IMG/VR virus record: IMGVR_UViG_3300038393_001247
Coordinates: 1 to 40,179 of that record
DNA: 40,179 bases
Source of the DNA: a virus
Lineage: Duplodnaviria > Caudoviricetes
Strand: one strand, 5' to 3'
The notes under the pieces were generated by a model, which saw only the letters and a list, made by a program, of their open reading frames with translations, was not told where the DNA came from and did no database searches. This document shows, piece after piece, positions 17,297-26,081 of the stretch; within the stretch, counting starts at the first letter, position 1; each line of letters begins with the position of its first letter. The translations under genes and the position numbers were made by a program.

Positions 17297-18103
17297 TCAG
17301 TCCTCGTCGGCCTCGACGAGCAGCTGAGTGCGGAGCATGGAAATCGACCGCCCGCTGGCGGCCGGGGCCGCCTCGCGCTTCGGCGCCGGCATCTGCGGCA
17401 CGGGCACGGGGACGGTGGTCAGGTCGGAGCGCTGGGCAAGCCGCGAGTACGCCTCACGGGCCACCAGCGCGGGCAGGTTGGGGATCAGGTCCAGGAACTC
17501 CCCGGAGCGGGCAGCAATGGAGGTGTGCGGGTTGGCGCCGTAGGTGACGGGGCCGACGTCGCCGCGCTCGAGGTCGAATGAGTTGATGCGGTACTCCATG
17601 TAGTCCGGGGACCACTGGCCTGAGGTGATGCGGAACATGAACGACTGCTCGCGCACGTCCTCGTCCTCGATGGCCTGGACGAGCAGCTGCACGTCCGACC
17701 GCTTGGGGTTCAGCCACGCGCGCTGGCCGAGGCCGTGGTCGTCCGCCCACAGCGTCAGCCGGTTGTTGCGCGTCGAGGCCATCGGCGTTCCCGCGTGGTT
17801 GAAGCGGAACACCACTTCGGGGTCGGTGGCCAGCGTGGCGTCTGCCGCCCCCTTGGAGACGATCTCCGTGTAGGGCCCGAACATGTCCCACATCTCGTAG
17901 CCCTGCTCGAACGCCGAGGCGTAGCCCTCGACCTCGTACCAGTCCATGCCGTCGTCGCGCGTGACCTTCTTCGCGCGCAGCTGCGAGCTGAACCGGATTT
18001 CCGGGCTTTCGGGCCGGTCGCGGGGAATGGCCATTGAGGTTGAGCCCGCCGCGCCGGCGCGGGCCTGGGCAGCCTGCTGCCGCAGGGTCGCCATGTCGGT
18101 CAT
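17297..18103 (-). CDS. HK97-family prohead protease
   Basis: VEGYASAF, EIVSKGA, FNH, LTLWADDHGL, QSFMF, VGPVTYGANP. Confidence 0.9.
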   Translation of the reverse strand: MTDMATLRQQAAQARAGAAGSTSMAIPRDRPESPEIRFSSQLRAKKVTRDDGMDWYEVEGYASAFEQGYEMWDMFGPYTEIVSKGAADATLATDPEVVFRFNHAGTPMASTRNNRLTLWADDHGLGQRAWLNPKRSDVQLLVQAIEDEDVREQSFMFRITSGQWSPDYMEYRINSFDLERGDVGPVTYGANPHTSIAARSGEFLDLIPNLPALVAREAYSRLAQRSDLTTVPVPVPQMPAPKREAAPAASGRSISMLRTQLLVEADED

Positions 18104-19275
18104 CAGGAGGTTCCTCCTTGCGGGATCGCGGTGGTGGGCTGCGCCTGGACGCCCTTGCCGAAGAGCCGGTCGAACTCCGCCATCTGCGCCTCGGTGAACG
18201 GCGCCTGGTCGTACAGGGCGCGCGCCTCGGACGGCGCCAGGGTCCGCGAGTCGATGCGCGTCTTGATGACACTGGCCTGGGTCTGCGGGTCCATCCGCAG
18301 CAGCGCGGCCGCGTTCAGCTTCACGAACCGGGGCCGGGACGACAGGCGGCTCAGTGCGTCCTCGCGCCGCTTCACCGCGGGGCCCAACGACATGACGAGG
18401 AACTGCAAGTTCCTTTGCGTCATGTTGGCGTAGGTCACGGAGCTGCCGGACACGGCCGCATCGATGAGGTCGCTAGGGCAGTCGAAGAACCGGGCGATGT
18501 CGCCGATGCCGAAAGACTTCGCGGCGATCCAGTCGGCGCCCGCCTGCTCGGCCTGGATCATGTCGTAGTCCCAGTCATTGCCGGTGACGAACAGATCCCG
18601 ATTCATCACGGCCGCCTTAAAGCGCTGCTTCGCCCCGTCGGCCTGCTCCGGGGTCAACTGCTTCGCCGTGTTCTTCAGATGCGCGGAAGGGATGGCGCCG
18701 TTGCGGAACCAGTCCATGGCGAACTGCTGGATCGACAGGTACTCGCTGATCGACCAGGCCGCATACGCCACCGGGGACAGGCCGACCGGGAGACCTGCCA
18801 CGGTGTACTGCTTCTCGTGCCACACCTCGTTCGGCTCGTAGTCGGTGCCCGCAATCCGGTACTTCTTCTTGCCCTTGCGCATCCGCACCGTGACATCGCC
18901 GATCGGCACCAACTCAATACGGGCCGGAAGCCCGAGACCGTCCTTAGCGGTGATCAGCCCCACCGTATTCCCGGCCCGGTCAAGGTCGAACTGGCTGGAG
19001 TACATCCACTCGGGCATCTCGACCTCATCGCCGCCTGGGGTGACGAGGACGGCAGGCTTGGGCACCTCCACCTGGATCCCGTCCACCTTGCGGTACAGGT
19101 CCACCGGCATCGTCGAGATGAGGTTCGCCCGCAGCCGCAGGCACGCCCACACCGCCGAGTGCCTCAGCGCCGTCTCGTTCGTTACGACCGCGGCCCCGCC
19201 GCCCGTGCTGGGCCGCGGGGGGATCAACTGGTCGGCGGTCTGCCCTGGGTAGTCGCGCCGTCGGAACAGACTCAC
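18103..19275 (-). CDS. Portal protein (HK97 family)
   Basis: ALRHSAVWACLRL, GLSPV, FRNGAIPS, IARFFDCP motifs. Confidence 0.93.
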   Translation of the reverse strand: MSLFRRRDYPGQTADQLIPPRPSTGGGAAVVTNETALRHSAVWACLRLRANLISTMPVDLYRKVDGIQVEVPKPAVLVTPGGDEVEMPEWMYSSQFDLDRAGNTVGLITAKDGLGLPARIELVPIGDVTVRMRKGKKKYRIAGTDYEPNEVWHEKQYTVAGLPVGLSPVAYAAWSISEYLSIQQFAMDWFRNGAIPSAHLKNTAKQLTPEQADGAKQRFKAAVMNRDLFVTGNDWDYDMIQAEQAGADWIAAKSFGIGDIARFFDCPSDLIDAAVSGSSVTYANMTQRNLQFLVMSLGPAVKRREDALSRLSSRPRFVKLNAAALLRMDPQTQASVIKTRIDSRTLAPSEARALYDQAPFTEAQMAEFDRLFGKGVQAQPTTAIPQGGTS

Positions 19276-19448
19276 GTCTCACCGCCCTTCCGGCCCGGGC
19301 TTGCGGCCAGCCAGGATCCGGCGAGGACCACAACGCCGCTCACGGCGAGCGCCGCCCACCCCAGCCACCGGTACACGCCGGCGCCCGCTCCGCCTGCGAC
19401 GAGCAGCAGGCCGGCGGCGTCGAGCGCGGTCGTCATCCGCTCGCGCAC
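19272..19448 (-). CDS. Small two-TM membrane protein upstream of portal
   Basis: GGAGG RBS, GTG start, hydrophobic, GTGA overlap with portal. Confidence 0.7.
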   Translation of the reverse strand: MRERMTTALDAAGLLLVAGGAGAGVYRWLGWAALAVSGVVVLAGSWLAASPGRKGGET

Positions 19449-19461
19449 TACGCCCCCTCCT

Positions 19462-21024
19462 TCAGTAGATCGAGTCGAGTGGGTCGTAGTCCTCGAGCAC
19501 GTGCGGGCCCCGGATGAGCAGCGCCCATCGGGCGAACGTCGCCGCGCACAGCGGGCTGATGTCCACCAGCGAGCTGGTGCGGTCCAGAGTCCACGCGTCA
19601 CCGTTGCGGCGCGTGCGCGCGCCGTTCACAGCGGCCGTGAGCGGCGTCTGGTCAAGGTGCTGCACGGTGCCCTGGTTCATGGCGTCGGCCATCTGCCCGC
19701 ACGCCTCGGTGATGTCCCCGGACCGCATCACGGCCAGGTCCCCGCGCATCGGGTGCTCTTTGTCCTCGGGCACGTCGATGCCTGCCGCAATCAGGTCGTC
19801 GATCAGCGACCCGGCCGGAGCGCCAGCGGACGCAACCGCGACGGCAACCGGCTTCCACAGAGCGTGGAGCCGCGCCACGGCGGGCACCACCCAGTCCGTA
19901 CCAGGACGGTGGGCGACGACCTCCAGGTGCACCTTGCCGTCCGGCCGCAGCGAGGCCGCGGCGATCGCCGCTCGCTTCCGGTCCTGCGAAACATCCAGGG
20001 CAAGGGCGACGCTGGACGGCTGCGGCCGGCTGGTCTTGTCGACAAGCCCGGGCCATGCCGCCTTCGGCACGTTCGGGTCGCTCGGCGGCGTGGGCTTCCG
20101 GGTGCGGTTGAGGTACGCCCGGTCGAACTCGGCCGGATCCATCTTCTCCAGCTCGGCCGCGATGATCGCCTCAGTCACCGTGTGCCCCAACGCGGGCAGC
20201 GTGGCCCGCCACGTCGCCGGGTCCGCCCGGTCCATGTCCTCCGGGGCGTACCACTCGAAGTACGCCGCGCGCGGCCGGGCCGCCGCAGCGTCCTGGGCGA
20301 GCGCCTCCCACAGAGCCTCGATCAGGGCACGGCCCATCTCCCGCTTCTTGTTCAGCCAGACCGACTTCGTGGTGCCGCCGGCCGACGCCCACCACAGCTG
20401 AGCCATGGCCCGGGTCAGCATGGCCGGGGAGAACGCCTGCTCCAGGCGGTCGTCCTCGTGCGCGAACGCCTCGTCGATGAACCCGAGGTCGAGCGGCGGG
20501 CCGTGGCCGGCCTTCTCTGTGTTCGCGGTGATGCCCATCCGCGATCGGGTCGACGGCCACAGGATCGCCTCGTTGCCGTTCGACTTCCGGATGCGCGCCC
20601 GCTTCGCGAGATCCGAGCCGGAGATCTTCTCCCAGAACTCGTCTTCCCACCGCTGCCGGGCCATGCCCCGGGTCTGCGCCGCGTAGACGATGTTCTGCCG
20701 CGGCCACGCCAGCGCACGGTGCACCTGGGCGCCCAGGCACAGTTCAGTCTTGCCCTGCTGCCGGGACACCGACAGGCCGACCTCGCGGTGCGCGAACAGC
20801 CCGGTCTCTGGGTCGATCTCCAGGGCGACGTCGGACACGTACTTCTGCCACGGCATCGGCGGGGCGCCGAGCTTGGCCATGACCTTCCACAGCTTCGGCC
20901 CGAGCGACGGCCGGTCAGGATGCCGCGGCGTCCCCCACCGGGGAGGGCAGGTCAGGCCGTACCGCTCGAACAGATCCTCGGCAAACTCAGTCGGGGGAGC
21001 CCAGGTCTCCGAGGTCGTCGTCAT
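19462..21024 (-). CDS. terL: Terminase large subunit
   Basis: PWQ, Walker A VSRQQGKT, Walker B GFIDEA, nuclease LALDVS. Confidence 0.93.
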   Translation of the reverse strand: MTTTSETWAPPTEFAEDLFERYGLTCPPRWGTPRHPDRPSLGPKLWKVMAKLGAPPMPWQKYVSDVALEIDPETGLFAHREVGLSVSRQQGKTELCLGAQVHRALAWPRQNIVYAAQTRGMARQRWEDEFWEKISGSDLAKRARIRKSNGNEAILWPSTRSRMGITANTEKAGHGPPLDLGFIDEAFAHEDDRLEQAFSPAMLTRAMAQLWWASAGGTTKSVWLNKKREMGRALIEALWEALAQDAAAARPRAAYFEWYAPEDMDRADPATWRATLPALGHTVTEAIIAAELEKMDPAEFDRAYLNRTRKPTPPSDPNVPKAAWPGLVDKTSRPQPSSVALALDVSQDRKRAAIAAASLRPDGKVHLEVVAHRPGTDWVVPAVARLHALWKPVAVAVASAGAPAGSLIDDLIAAGIDVPEDKEHPMRGDLAVMRSGDITEACGQMADAMNQGTVQHLDQTPLTAAVNGARTRRNGDAWTLDRTSSLVDISPLCAATFARWALLIRGPHVLEDYDPLDSIY

Positions 21025-21268
21025 CGTCAGCGGCCCGCCCCTCCAGCAGCTGGGCGAGCGTCTGCCGGAGCTCGCGGTTCAACTGGGGCAGGGTCCGCCC
21101 GTCGTCACCGCCGGCCACGGCCTCCCCGCAGGTCTGGCACTCACCGGTCGCCGCGGTGTCGATGGACCGGGCCAGCGTGTAGGCCATCTCAGACAGGGAC
21201 GGCTCGACGCCGACCAGGTCGCCGAGCTGCTCGACGTCACTGCGCACGGCTTCCTCGACGGGGCCCAT
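20987..21268 (-). CDS. terS: Terminase small subunit
   Basis: LARSID...LNRELRQTLAQL pattern, overlaps the terL start. Confidence 0.8.
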   Translation of the reverse strand: MGPVEEAVRSDVEQLGDLVGVEPSLSEMAYTLARSIDTAATGECQTCGEAVAGGDDGRTLPQLNRELRQTLAQLLEGRAADDDDDLGDLGSPD

Positions 21269-21289
21269 GACGCCCCCTTCCATGATCAT

Positions 21290-21435
21290 CCGGCGTCATT
21301 GGCCCGGGGGGAGAAAAATAAAAGCTGGGCGCGGGGTTGAGAAGACGATCTTCCCTAAAAAATCTTGGAAGATTCCAGCCGAATCGATCTGATCATTTCG
21401 ATTTGATCAATCGATCAGGCCTCTGACCTGCTCGT
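21290..21435. other. Putative cos/packaging region
   Basis: AT-rich intergenic region upstream of terS with A-tracts, many GATC motifs and a GC-rich 11-mer (CCCCGCGCCCA on the minus strand). Confidence 0.55.
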
Positions 21436-21702
21436 TCATGCAAGAGACCAGGCTCCATCATCGTCCAGCGCCATCCTGCCTCCGCATCGGCCGCACCGGG
21501 CGACGGGCTGCGGGTCGCCCCAGGTCGTCACGTCGACCGGCTCGTGCGTCATGCAGGTACCGGCTCGCCGTAGAGCGATGGTGAGCGCGGCGGCGCTCCC
21601 CGGCTCCGGCTGGATGCCGAGCAGGTCGTGTTCCAACACTGCGATCCGCGTTGGGTTGGCCCGTGGTGTAGGGGTGGGCGTCGGACGATGCCAGAGCTTC
21701 AT
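21436..21702 (-). CDS. Hypothetical protein with C-terminal CxxC
   Basis: RIAVLEHDLLG motif; lies between HNH and terS. Confidence 0.6.
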   Translation of the reverse strand: MKLWHRPTPTPTPRANPTRIAVLEHDLLGIQPEPGSAAALTIALRRAGTCMTHEPVDVTTWGDPQPVARCGRCGGRMALDDDGAWSLA

Positions 21703-21720
21703 GGCGCCAGGATCCCAGCC

Positions 21721-22020
21721 CTACGGTCCGGCGAACCAGTCCACTGAGGTGACCAGCTGCACCACGTCAGCCAGCGGTCGGTCACCCTTCTCGCTGTTGC
21801 ACTTGCGGAGGCAGACGGGACAGCCGACCACGCCGTGGATGGGCGCGAGGTTGTCGGGGTCGCGGCGGGCTCCGCCCTTGCTGACCGGGATGACGTGGTC
21901 GACGGCGTCGGATGCGCCGTGGCCGCAGACGATGCACACGTCGGACGCGGCGAGGGTGCGAGCACGCATCTGCCGGTACTCGTAGCTGGTGAGCTCGTCG
22001 CGATCGGTGGCCACGCTCAC
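21721..22020 (-). CDS. HNH endonuclease (packaging-associated)
   Basis: CIVCG...VDHVIP..GG...NLAPIH...CNSEKG. Confidence 0.9.
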   Translation of the reverse strand: MSVATDRDELTSYEYRQMRARTLAASDVCIVCGHGASDAVDHVIPVSKGGARRDPDNLAPIHGVVGCPVCLRKCNSEKGDRPLADVVQLVTSVDWFAGP

Positions 22021-22081
22021 CCCCAGGACATGTGGAGGCCCGACCGCTCACGAGTGCGGCCGGGCCGACGGGTGCAGCTGG

Positions 22082-22495
22082 TCAGACCTTGCAGAACCCC
22101 AGGCCCTTCAGGGCTTCGTTGATCTGCTTGCCTTGGGCTTCGGTGGTGGTGACGTCCTTGTAGGTGAAGCGCTGCGAGGCAGCCCAGTCGGCCTTATCGC
22201 TGTCGAGTGCGCTGCACTGGTTGCGGGCGGCGTCGATGGCCTTGTCCTCGTACTTCACGATGTCGGGGTTGGCTGCGGCGAGTGCTCGGAGAAGTTCGGC
22301 GCGGTCGGCGGCGTTGGGCTTGGGTGGGATGCCGGCGGCCTTCTCGGCGTCGCTGTTGTCGGTGGACTTGGTGGCAGCGGGCGCGCTGCTCTTGGTGGCG
22401 TCGGCCTTGGTATCGCTGCTGTCGTCGCTGCTGCAGCCGACGAGGGTGACGGCGAGCGCGGCTGTGATGGCGGCGATGGTGATGCGGGTGCGCAT
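22082..22495 (-). CDS. Lipoprotein (moron-like)
   Basis: Signal peptide with lipobox LVG-C, low-complexity linker, two-Cys helical domain. Confidence 0.85.
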   Translation of the reverse strand: MRTRITIAAITAALAVTLVGCSSDDSSDTKADATKSSAPAATKSTDNSDAEKAAGIPPKPNAADRAELLRALAAANPDIVKYEDKAIDAARNQCSALDSDKADWAASQRFTYKDVTTTEAQGKQINEALKGLGFCKV

Positions 22496-22544
22496 GTTCC
22501 CCCCTGGGACGCTGTTGCTGAGGGGCCATCATGCAACAACGCGG

Positions 22545-22592
22545 GCACGACGAAGCCCCGGCCGGGGGGATGTGGCCGGGGCTTCGTCGTGC
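22545..22592. terminator. 19-bp perfect hairpin, terminator of the early/transfer operon
   Basis: GCACGACGAAGCCCCGGCC...GGCCGGGGCTTCGTCGTGC. Confidence 0.75.
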
Positions 22593-22657
22593 GTCTGTGG
22601 GTGCCGGTTGAGGGCACAGTTGTACACCGGGATCGTCACACAGTGTCTGACCTGCGG

Positions 22658-22858
22658 TCAAGCGGCTGCGCGTTCGGCACGCTTGGCGGCGATGGCGGCG
22701 ACGTCCTGCACGGCGTACCAGGGGTATCGCTCGGTGCCTCCGGTGCGTTGGAGCTGGCCGCGGTAGACGAGGTTGCGGAGGGCTCCGGGCGTGACGCCGA
22801 GGGCGCGCTGGGTGTCGCGGGCGGTGAGGTAGCCGACGGGTGCGAGCGGGTCGTCCAT
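22658..22858 (-). CDS. Small MerR/Xis-like HTH DNA-binding protein
   Basis: YLTARDTQRALGVTPGALRNLVYRGQL...WYAVQDV. Confidence 0.75.
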   Translation of the reverse strand: MDDPLAPVGYLTARDTQRALGVTPGALRNLVYRGQLQRTGGTERYPWYAVQDVAAIAAKRAERAAA

Positions 22859-22872
22859 GACCCCATGATGCG

Positions 22873-23097
22873 TCAGCGCGTACCGGCCTCGTGGGTGCGT
22901 CGCCAGGCATTGTGCATGCGCCGGCCGAGGCGCAGCCGAAGCTTGCGGCCGCGACAGCGTGGGCACGTTCTCGGCTTCCCGAACCACAGGATCTCGCCCG
23001 CACCCTGGCATCGTCGGCACAGCCCGAACGGCCGCACCGCACACAACACTGAGTAACCGCCAAGCCAGAGCAGCACGCCAGCCATAGCAACCCACAT
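22873..23097 (-). CDS. Small membrane protein with DnaJ-like Zn finger, plasmid/AICE transfer-region type
   Basis: TM helix then PFGLCRRCQGAG...CPRCRG...RLGRR; GGGAGAG RBS. Confidence 0.7.
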   Translation of the reverse strand: MWVAMAGVLLWLGGYSVLCAVRPFGLCRRCQGAGEILWFGKPRTCPRCRGRKLRLRLGRRMHNAWRRTHEAGTR

Positions 23098-23145
23098 GGG
23101 TGTCTCTCCCCTTCGAATCCTGGGTGTTTCCCGTTTCCGGGGCCC

Positions 23146-23238
23146 CTGCTGCTAGACGCTAGGTAACAGGTCAGGGGCGCGTTTTGCTGCTAGCGGGGGT
23201 GCTAGGCCTAGCAGGGCGGGGTGCTAGGCCTAGCACCC
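23146..23238. repeat. CTAG-rich repeat cluster, candidate clt (cis-acting locus of transfer)
   Basis: Seven CTAG in about 82 bp, two TGCTAGGCCTAGCA palindromes and two TGCTGCTAG, immediately 3' of traB. Confidence 0.6.
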
Positions 23239-23247
23239 GTGCGTGGA

Positions 23248-25341
23248 CTACGCCGCGACCCGATCCGCGTTACGCCGGGTGATTGCGGCGAGGACGTCGG
23301 TCCGCTTGATGCCGCGCTTCGTGGTGCCCTTGCCGTCCTCCCCGGCGGCCCACACGTCCGCCGTGTTGACGCCCCACGGCTTCAGGGCCGGGGCGACGCT
23401 GGCGGTGGTCCACTCGCCGTACACGTCCGGCCAGGACTCGGCGAGGCGGGCGGCGATCCGCTCGCACCACAGCTGTTCCTCGTCGGAGCGGAACACCTTC
23501 GCGACGTCGCCGAGGACGTCCATGCCGCGACTGGCGGACGGGCCCTGCCCGATCGCGTGTCCGGTCACGTTGCCGTATGCCTCGCGGGCCTCGCGGGCGC
23601 GGGCGACGACGCCTTCGGCGGCCGGCCCGTCGACGAACGCCGAGGCGGCGATGAGCGGGTCGTCCCCTTCGCCGGACATCCAGCAGATGCCTCGGTCGGA
23701 GCGGGAGAACATCGTCGCTCGAACGCCGGACTTGTAGGCGCCGGTGCCCAACACCATGTCGTTGGCGGTGTGGCCCATCACCTTCAGGCAGAACCGCAGG
23801 ACGGCGTTGGCGGAGATGCCGGGCGGGAGGCTCTTGGCGTCCGGCCGCTGGGTGGCGAACATGCCGACGATGCCCAGCGCGGGGCCACGCTTGGCGATGT
23901 CCGTGCAGATCGACTCCAGCTCGGCACCGTACTTCTCGTGCTCGAACATCACCTGGCACTCGTCGAACCCGACGACGATCGGGTGCAGGCCGAGGCTCTT
24001 GTCGCTGGCCAGGGCCGGGGTCACCTTGGACTCGGGGCAGCGGGACTTGGGCAGCTGGCGGATCACCTTCGCGCGGCGGCGCAGTTCCTCCTTCAGTTCC
24101 CGCAAGGCGTGCAGGACGTACAGGACGTCCTCGTCGTCCTCGCCGGACCGGTAGCGGTGGCAGACCGGTTCGAGGGGGCCGAGGTCGCCGGTGCCCTTGA
24201 AGTCGAACGCGAGGATCCACGCGCGCGGGTCGAGGGCGGCGATCAGCAGCAGGAGGCGCAGCAGGAACGTCTTGCCCATGCGGGGGATGGAGCCGACGAC
24301 CACGGAGGCGAACATGAGGGTGACGAACAGGTCCCGCATCCGCTGGTCGTTTCCGAACACGACCGGCTTGAACAGGTCGACTTCGCCCTCGCGCAGGAGC
24401 GGCCACGGGGGCTTGGTGGTCTCGTTCATGGGCTTGTCGCCCACCCACAGGATCAGGCGGCCCTCGTGCTCCTCGGGGTCTCCGGACGGCCACACGCAGC
24501 CGAGCTTGCGGCGCAGGCCGGAGGCGAGGGCCTGCCGCTCTTCCATGACGTCCTCGGGCACGACGCCGTAGGGCAGGTCGAGGTCGGTGCGGTAGCCGGG
24601 CCCGTCGCGGGTGATTTCGCTGGTGAAACGCATGCCGTTCATGTCGCCGCCCTTTTTGATGGCGGCCGTGATCTTCGCGTTGCCGATGGAGTCGAGGGCG
24701 CGCAGCACGATCGTGCCGGTGAGCTTCTGCAGCTCGGTGCGCATCACGGCCGGGCCGATGACGGGGGCGTCGGGCTGCTGGCCGAAGTAGCCGAGGGTGA
24801 GCACGCCGCCGGCCGCGAAGGCGTACAGGAACTCGGGGGCCATGACGTACAGCCACAGGGCGAAGCCGAGGCCGAACACGCAGCCCACGACGGTGACCAG
24901 GCCGCGCAGGCGGACGCGTCCGGCGCGCAGGCGGGCGAGGCGCATGTATTCCTCGACGTCCTCGGTGCGCACGGCGTAGTCGCGGAGCGGTGCGGCCTCG
25001 CGGTCCCACACCCAGCGGTTCGTGTCGGCGACCAGGCGGGCGGTGCCGCGCGGTGCCATGAGGCCGAGTTGGACGGCGTACCAGGGGGAGCGCAGGCCGT
25101 GGTAGGCGGTGGCGTACCAGGCGTGGCCTGCGGCGCGCCCGACGGTGGCGAGCAGGTCGCGGCGGGATCGCAGCCACGGGGCGATGATCGGGCGCCGCTT
25201 TTCCGTCGTCACGCCAGGGTCGGGGAGCTTGGGGTTGTCGACGGGGATGGGCGCGGGAGGCGCGGCGTCCTGCGGTTCGGGGACAGGGGGCACGGGTGTG
25301 CTCGTGGCCTCGACGTTGGCGGGGGCCAGGGTGTCCGTCAT
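23248..25341 (-). CDS. traB: TraB-like FtsK/SpoIIIE conjugative DNA translocase
   Basis: N-terminal TM helices, Walker A GSIPRMGKT, DFKG, Walker B VGFDECQ, ATQRP, C-terminal winged-helix-like region (ERIAARLAESWPDVYGEW). Confidence 0.88.
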   Translation of the reverse strand: MTDTLAPANVEATSTPVPPVPEPQDAAPPAPIPVDNPKLPDPGVTTEKRRPIIAPWLRSRRDLLATVGRAAGHAWYATAYHGLRSPWYAVQLGLMAPRGTARLVADTNRWVWDREAAPLRDYAVRTEDVEEYMRLARLRAGRVRLRGLVTVVGCVFGLGFALWLYVMAPEFLYAFAAGGVLTLGYFGQQPDAPVIGPAVMRTELQKLTGTIVLRALDSIGNAKITAAIKKGGDMNGMRFTSEITRDGPGYRTDLDLPYGVVPEDVMEERQALASGLRRKLGCVWPSGDPEEHEGRLILWVGDKPMNETTKPPWPLLREGEVDLFKPVVFGNDQRMRDLFVTLMFASVVVGSIPRMGKTFLLRLLLLIAALDPRAWILAFDFKGTGDLGPLEPVCHRYRSGEDDEDVLYVLHALRELKEELRRRAKVIRQLPKSRCPESKVTPALASDKSLGLHPIVVGFDECQVMFEHEKYGAELESICTDIAKRGPALGIVGMFATQRPDAKSLPPGISANAVLRFCLKVMGHTANDMVLGTGAYKSGVRATMFSRSDRGICWMSGEGDDPLIAASAFVDGPAAEGVVARAREAREAYGNVTGHAIGQGPSASRGMDVLGDVAKVFRSDEEQLWCERIAARLAESWPDVYGEWTTASVAPALKPWGVNTADVWAAGEDGKGTTKRGIKRTDVLAAITRRNADRVAA

Positions 25342-25378
25342 GCTGTGATCTCCGGTCGTTCTGATGGGCGGTCCGGGG

Positions 25379-25420
25379 CCCGGGGACGGCCGGATCTTGG
25401 CGGTGAGGGCCGTCCCCGGG
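25379..25420 (-). promoter_or_regulatory. 13-bp hairpin upstream of traB (possible attenuator)
   Basis: CCCGGGGACGGCC / GGCCGTCCCCGGG; mRNA loop CUCACCGCCAAGAUCC. Confidence 0.5.
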
Positions 25421-25426
25421 GCGTTG

Positions 25427-25594
25427 CTACTTGCTCTTGGCGGCGCGCTTGCGGGCGCGTTCGTAGATGCGCTCGACGGCGCGGTCGATGTCGGGCTGGG
25501 TCTCGATGCCGGCGGCGGCGCGGCGCAGGCCCTTGAGTTCCAGGCGGACGATCGCCGCCTTCTCCCCGAACGTCAGCTTGGGTTCCTTGGCCAT
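25427..25594 (-). CDS. Small basic transfer-region protein (DUF6257-like)
   Basis: MAKEPKLTFGEKAAIVRL...VERIYERARKR, a type seen in Streptomyces plasmid/AICE transfer operons. Confidence 0.65.
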   Translation of the reverse strand: MAKEPKLTFGEKAAIVRLELKGLRRAAAGIETQPDIDRAVERIYERARKRAAKSK

Positions 25595-25596
25595 GG

Positions 25597-25917
25597 TCAG
25601 CGGCCTTTCTGCAGGTCGCGCCAGATGGCGCGGAGGACGAGGGCGAGGATTGCGACGGAGATCCCGCCGATGGCGATGGCGATCGAGGCGAACGCGATGC
25701 CGACGCCGCCCACGCACACGGCGCAGGCGATGGCGAGCCATTCGCCGGTGCTGCGGCCGGGCTTGTGCTGGTGCTGACAGGGGTCCTGCTGGGGCCTCTG
25801 TTGCTGCATCTGGGCTGCCTTGGCCAGTTCGACGGCGGCGAGCGCGATCTGTACGGCGGCCGTGTTCACGGCGGCCTCTTTGGCGGCGGCCTCGGCCTTC
25901 TCCAGGGCGTCGCTCAC
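25597..25917 (-). CDS. SpdD-like spread/transfer membrane protein
   Basis: Ala/Gln-rich N-terminus with two C-terminal TM helices ending SVAILALVLRAIW; GTGA coupled. Confidence 0.65.
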   Translation of the reverse strand: MSDALEKAEAAAKEAAVNTAAVQIALAAVELAKAAQMQQQRPQQDPCQHQHKPGRSTGEWLAIACAVCVGGVGIAFASIAIAIGGISVAILALVLRAIWRDLQKGR

Positions 25918-26081
25918 CGCGCCCACCTCCGGGTCAGGTGGGGGCGGGCGGCGAGGCCGAGGCCGAACGCGAAGACGAGCGGCTTCGATACGAGTGCCGC
26001 GGCAACGGTGAGGACGGCGGCGAGGAGGGGCGGGAAGAGCAGCAGCAGCCCAAGCAGGACACCGAGCAGGATCCAGCGCAT
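25914..26081 (-). CDS. 55-aa hydrophobic membrane protein (not in the ORF track), Spd-like
   Basis: MRWILLGVLLGLLLLFPPLLAAVLTVAAALVSKPLVFAFGLGLAARPHLTRRWAR; TGATG and GTGA overlaps on both sides. Confidence 0.7.
   Translation of the reverse strand: MRWILLGVLLGLLLLFPPLLAAVLTVAAALVSKPLVFAFGLGLAARPHLTRRWAR

Noticed and set aside
18034-21270. 1078-aa plus-strand ORF and similar long ORFs (15655-17547, 23221-25536, 28397-30925, 6736-8760)
   Set aside because: Antisense or off-frame shadows of real genes in high-GC DNA; Arg/Pro/Gly-rich with no motifs
23248-25341. FtsK-type packaging ATPase or type VII EccC
   Set aside because: The phage already has TerL/TerS/portal; a single ATPase domain with Spd-like neighbours fits TraB better
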